A stretch of 64,000 bases of DNA. It comes from Rotaria socialis. Its lineage: Eukaryota. This document shows, piece after piece, positions 56,083 through 64,000 of this stretch. A program made the translations under genes and the position numbers. The notes under the pieces are model-generated. The model had not been told where the DNA came from. It did not search any database and was given only the letters and a program-made list of their open reading frames with translations. How positions within the stretch are numbered: position 1 is the first letter of the stretch; each line of letters starts with the position of its first letter. The DNA lies in contig CAJNYD010000048.1 of assembly GCA_905331295.1 (NCBI GenBank), positions 62,001 to 126,000 of the forward strand. The letters run 5' to 3'.

Positions 56083-57598
56083 ATGGTTGGCAAAGTAGAA
56101 CTCATTCCGATTGTAGAAGGCAATCAGATTACAGTACAAGAAAATGAAAAAGTTATTGTTGGACGTGGTTCATCGTTAGGCGTATGTTCATTTAGTTATT
56201 TTTAAACTAACCGCTACTTCAATTGGTTTTAGTGTAACGAGAAAAAAATTTCTCGTCATCATGCAGAATTATTACTCAAAGATGATAATACTCTTTGGAT
56301 AACACCAACCCATGCAAATCCTGTATTTTATCGTCCATCAAATGGTAAAACAATTCAATTACAAAAAGATGTTGAACGAGAATTAAAAGATGGTGATCAA
56401 ATTGGTTTACTTCCATCCAGTTTTTTCTTTCGTGTAAGCTTTTCTACTGATGAAAACAATAATAATGACAAAAATGATTCCGATACGGATTCATTGCATG
56501 CATGGAAACAAGAGAAAAATTCACCTCCTCCACGTGCTGCATCACCAGATCAATGGTCGCCGACACATGGCTATCGTCGTTCATTTAGTAATCAAGATAC
56601 ATCAGTGTTTGATTTCGATGATGATGCTAATGATGTACCAACTAAAACATTGACTAAACGTACATCATTCGAAAAGAAAACAACGGCAGATGTTGAACCA
56701 AAATCACGTATTTTAATGCCAAGTCCTTCAGTTTCCATAACTCGAATTATTGTTCCTTCACCACCTGGCAATGATCAAGTATGTTGATTTTTCTTTTAAA
56801 TATTTATATTCAAATGTTTCTTTTCGCTATTTATAGAATGATCAGGATGAAATTAAACCATCTAATACTACAAATGATAAACCACGTAAATTACCTAAAT
56901 GGATGGTAGCTCCAACTCCATCACCTGTAGTGAAATCTGCAACTACTACACCCAAGTCTTCCTATGCACGAAGTTCATCATCTAATGATCCAACTAGTGC
57001 AAAACGGCATTGTATGTTACTATTTTATTGAATAATCCTAATTAAAGAAAAGTGAAATTTCTTTCTTGTTTTCTTCATAGTGAGTTTTGAGGGTGATACC
57101 AATAGTGATTTCAATGAATCATCAAATGTCTCAGGTACGATTTTATTTTATATTTGTCTTAATGGTTTATTTGTCTTATTTAGGTGTTCGATCACCGGTA
57201 GCACTTATTGATGTTAAATCTCCAGGAAGAGTTCTAAGTAAAGTAGCTTCAACCAAAAGTCTTGATAGTGATAGTGCAGATGGTTTTGATTCTATTCCAA
57301 TAAAAATAACATCACCAACAAAAAAAGGTATTTAGAACTATTATCATAGCTAATCAACTGTAATTTGAATTTAGTTAAATCTGGCGGTAAACGTCGTCCA
57401 GCTTGTCAATTTGGTACATCTTGTTATCGAAAAAATCCTAATCATCGTTCTGAACTATCACATCCAGGCGATAGTGATTATGAAGATTCGAAAGATACAG
57501 ATAATTGCTATGACAACAATGTGGATAAACCATTATGTCCATTTGGTAGAACATGTTATCGACAGAATCCTCAGCATAGACGTGATTTCAAGCATTAA
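56083..57598 (+). CDS. APLF: Aprataxin and PNK-like factor: FHA domain, Ku-binding motif, tandem PBZ zinc fingers
   Basis: FHA (IVGRGSSLGCNEKKISRHHA), KBM-like RKLPKWM, and PBZ1/2 (CQFGTSCYRKNPNHRSELSHPGDSDY; CPFGRTCYRQNPQHRRDFKH). Confidence 0.92.
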
Positions 57599-57792
57599 AT
57601 GCAATATTTTTTTTTCTTCCTTTCTCTCTCTCTCTCTCTTTTACATATCAGATCTCCGGTGATACTAGTATTATATTGTATAAAGTAGTGATTGATGTTA
57701 TTGATTATCTACATTCATTGATCAGATATAGAATTTTTCATTATAGAAAATAGTTTGAACAATAGAAAATTGATAAATTCACGTTTTTGTAG

Positions 57793-62062
<4,270 letters not shown>

Positions 62063-62452
62063 TATCTCATATTAAATTACGAATTATTAAAAAGAAAAAA
62101 ATTATTTTCATACAACAAAGAAAACTGCTCCACTGTTTGTGTGCATATTGTTTTATATATTTTTTTTGTATCGATTATATGGAGCATATTGTTCAATAGT
62201 ATATGAAATCACTAAACTGAGAAATAAATATTCAATATATAGCCATTTGCATCTTGTTTGCATTCATTTACTTCTTATCGGATATGGACTAAAATCATAT
62301 TTTCTATTCAATACTTTGAATTTAAAGGAATAAAGGAATAATTGTAAAATTTGAATTACTCATTAAAAAAAGTTATTAATAATGAATATTTAGATAAATT
62401 AGAAGTTAATTAAGTAAAATGTACAAATCATAAGTTGCTATATAGTTAAATT

Positions 62453-62781
62453 ACACAGGACTAGCAACCATGGTCATTTACGATCGTACACGGAGAAGCA
62501 CGACCATATAACGAGAAAAACCGATTATTTACTATACTTATACACGAAGTCTGTATATGATCTCCGTTTTGCTCCGTATTTTGTCGTAAATGGTCGACGA
62601 TTGTAAAACTGAGTCATATATTACGTCCAAATACGATCGTATATGAAGACAAACGGAACGTATACAACCGTTCACAGCTCTGCGTATGAACTCTGGAAAC
62701 CTCGACCTAGTTAGCCTTCCCAGGTCGAAAAATCTGACGCAAGATCTTATCAGATCTTACAATATGATTGCTCGACTTGGG
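62453..62781. mobile_element. Two adjacent degenerate CCCAGGTCG-family MITEs (~62453-62711 and a 63-bp mini copy at 62719-62781)
   Basis: CCCAGGTCGA...TCGACTTGGG termini at 62719-62781. The upstream copy has CGTAAA/TACGA subterminal repeats and ends CTCGACCTAG. Confidence 0.55.
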
Positions 62782-64000
62782 TAGCGATAAATGTCGTAAA
62801 ATCAATTTCTTGGACGAATATAGTCGTATAAAACTTGAAGCTATATCTAGAGTCACTTATGTTCCTACAGCTTAGAATCGATGATGCTTTGATAAGATCA
62901 GTTACATCGGATTATAAAAAGTACTATCAATATTCTATGGTTTAATGAAAAATTATACCAGTACTCTGCAAGAAAAAAAGGAGCTCTGGAGAACCTTTTT
63001 TTCTAGAGAGTACATTGGGCCTATATCTCGAAAAATAAGTAGCCATGAGTTGGTTACTTAAATATGGGATTAAAGCCCTATCGAAGGAATACCAAAATCA
63101 TAATTTCCCTAGTGTATTGATTTGTCGTCTTATTCTCAAATTGAACGCATAGTGGCGCATGATGGAGTACTAGAATGATTAACAAAACTATAGTACTCTT
63201 TTGATAACTTGTAACTTTCAAAATTCGATCAAATGTTAATGAGATTACTATCGAAATGATAGTTTCAGTATGTGGTCTTGCTATTGATATATAATTCAAT
63301 AGGATTGATTGAGAAAAGTACTAGTTAGCCAATTTTACATATTATACTATCGCTTCCAATGTTTTGGTGATGACGCTCAACCAGTTATTTTAACATTTGA
63401 TCACGTGCTGCATAAGAATTATTAGATTTTAGAAATTGATTCGATAGTGTTATGTCCATACTGAAAGCGCAGCAAAGAAAACTTTCGTGTATTAATGGTC
63501 CTATAGAATATAAGTAGCGCCATGACAGAATCGAGTGACTGAGAAATATTAACATGGCTTAGTTCATATTTTAATATGTTAACTTCTCAGTTCGATCATA
63601 ATGTGATCGTCAAAAACTGCGCCTTTTCTGGCATAAGAAAGCTACTAAATGGTGTAGTACTGCATGAATTTTCAATTTCTTTCGCCGCAATACGTAGTAC
63701 CATTTTACGAGCTATGGTTTTCGCTACAAAATAGTCTTTGCTTCTCCTATATTTTGCCTTCATATTCTGCTATAACGAATCACGGCATAGCTTTTCAACA
63801 AGTGTTGCCATTTTTGACGTTATTGCAGCGTTTAAAGTCGGTTACCGTGTCGTTTATTTTCTTAGATCCGAGCTGTTCAACGTTCACCGGTTTAACTTTA
63901 ATCAAACTAGAAATTGAGAAGATAAAATATTTTATCGAGATCAATATTGTAAATACTTTTCTGATTATATTTTTCAATGTTACGTTTTTATTTTGGTTAC

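Overview
This is AT-rich eukaryotic (animal) genomic DNA with many short GT-AG introns of about 50-70 nt. Composition, intron size, the F-box-like gene type and the repeat families point to a bdelloid rotifer draft scaffold, but the taxon is my inference and is not proven. Host genes in order: a small hypothetical gene, an F-box-like gene, a KLF9/10/11/13-type zinc-finger factor, the 3' half only of DNAAF11/LRRC6, two convergent cullin-1-like genes flanking a 259-N gap, an unknown gene, XPR1, a C1orf43/NICE-3-like gene, an 18-exon coiled-coil gene, a kinesin-13 pseudogene, and a tight co-oriented run TIM17-HGSNAT-APLF-CHD1L. From about 8.9 to 21.5 kb lies a nested DNA-transposon cluster. Its core is a near-intact CMC/EnSpm element with TIRs and a 2-bp TSD, inserted into two older inverted-repeat elements, and one of its introns holds two inverted hammerhead-ribozyme-like motifs. 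The most notable observations are: (1) the coiled-coil gene's N-terminus aligns without gaps to the conserved N-terminal motif of the meiotic transverse-filament protein SYCP1; (2) the inverted cullin pair has divergent N-termini but a near-identical middle tract; (3) APLF and CHD1L sit about 195 bp apart and may form a trans-spliced DNA-repair operon. All homology calls were made by eye from remembered family motifs, and no searches were run.
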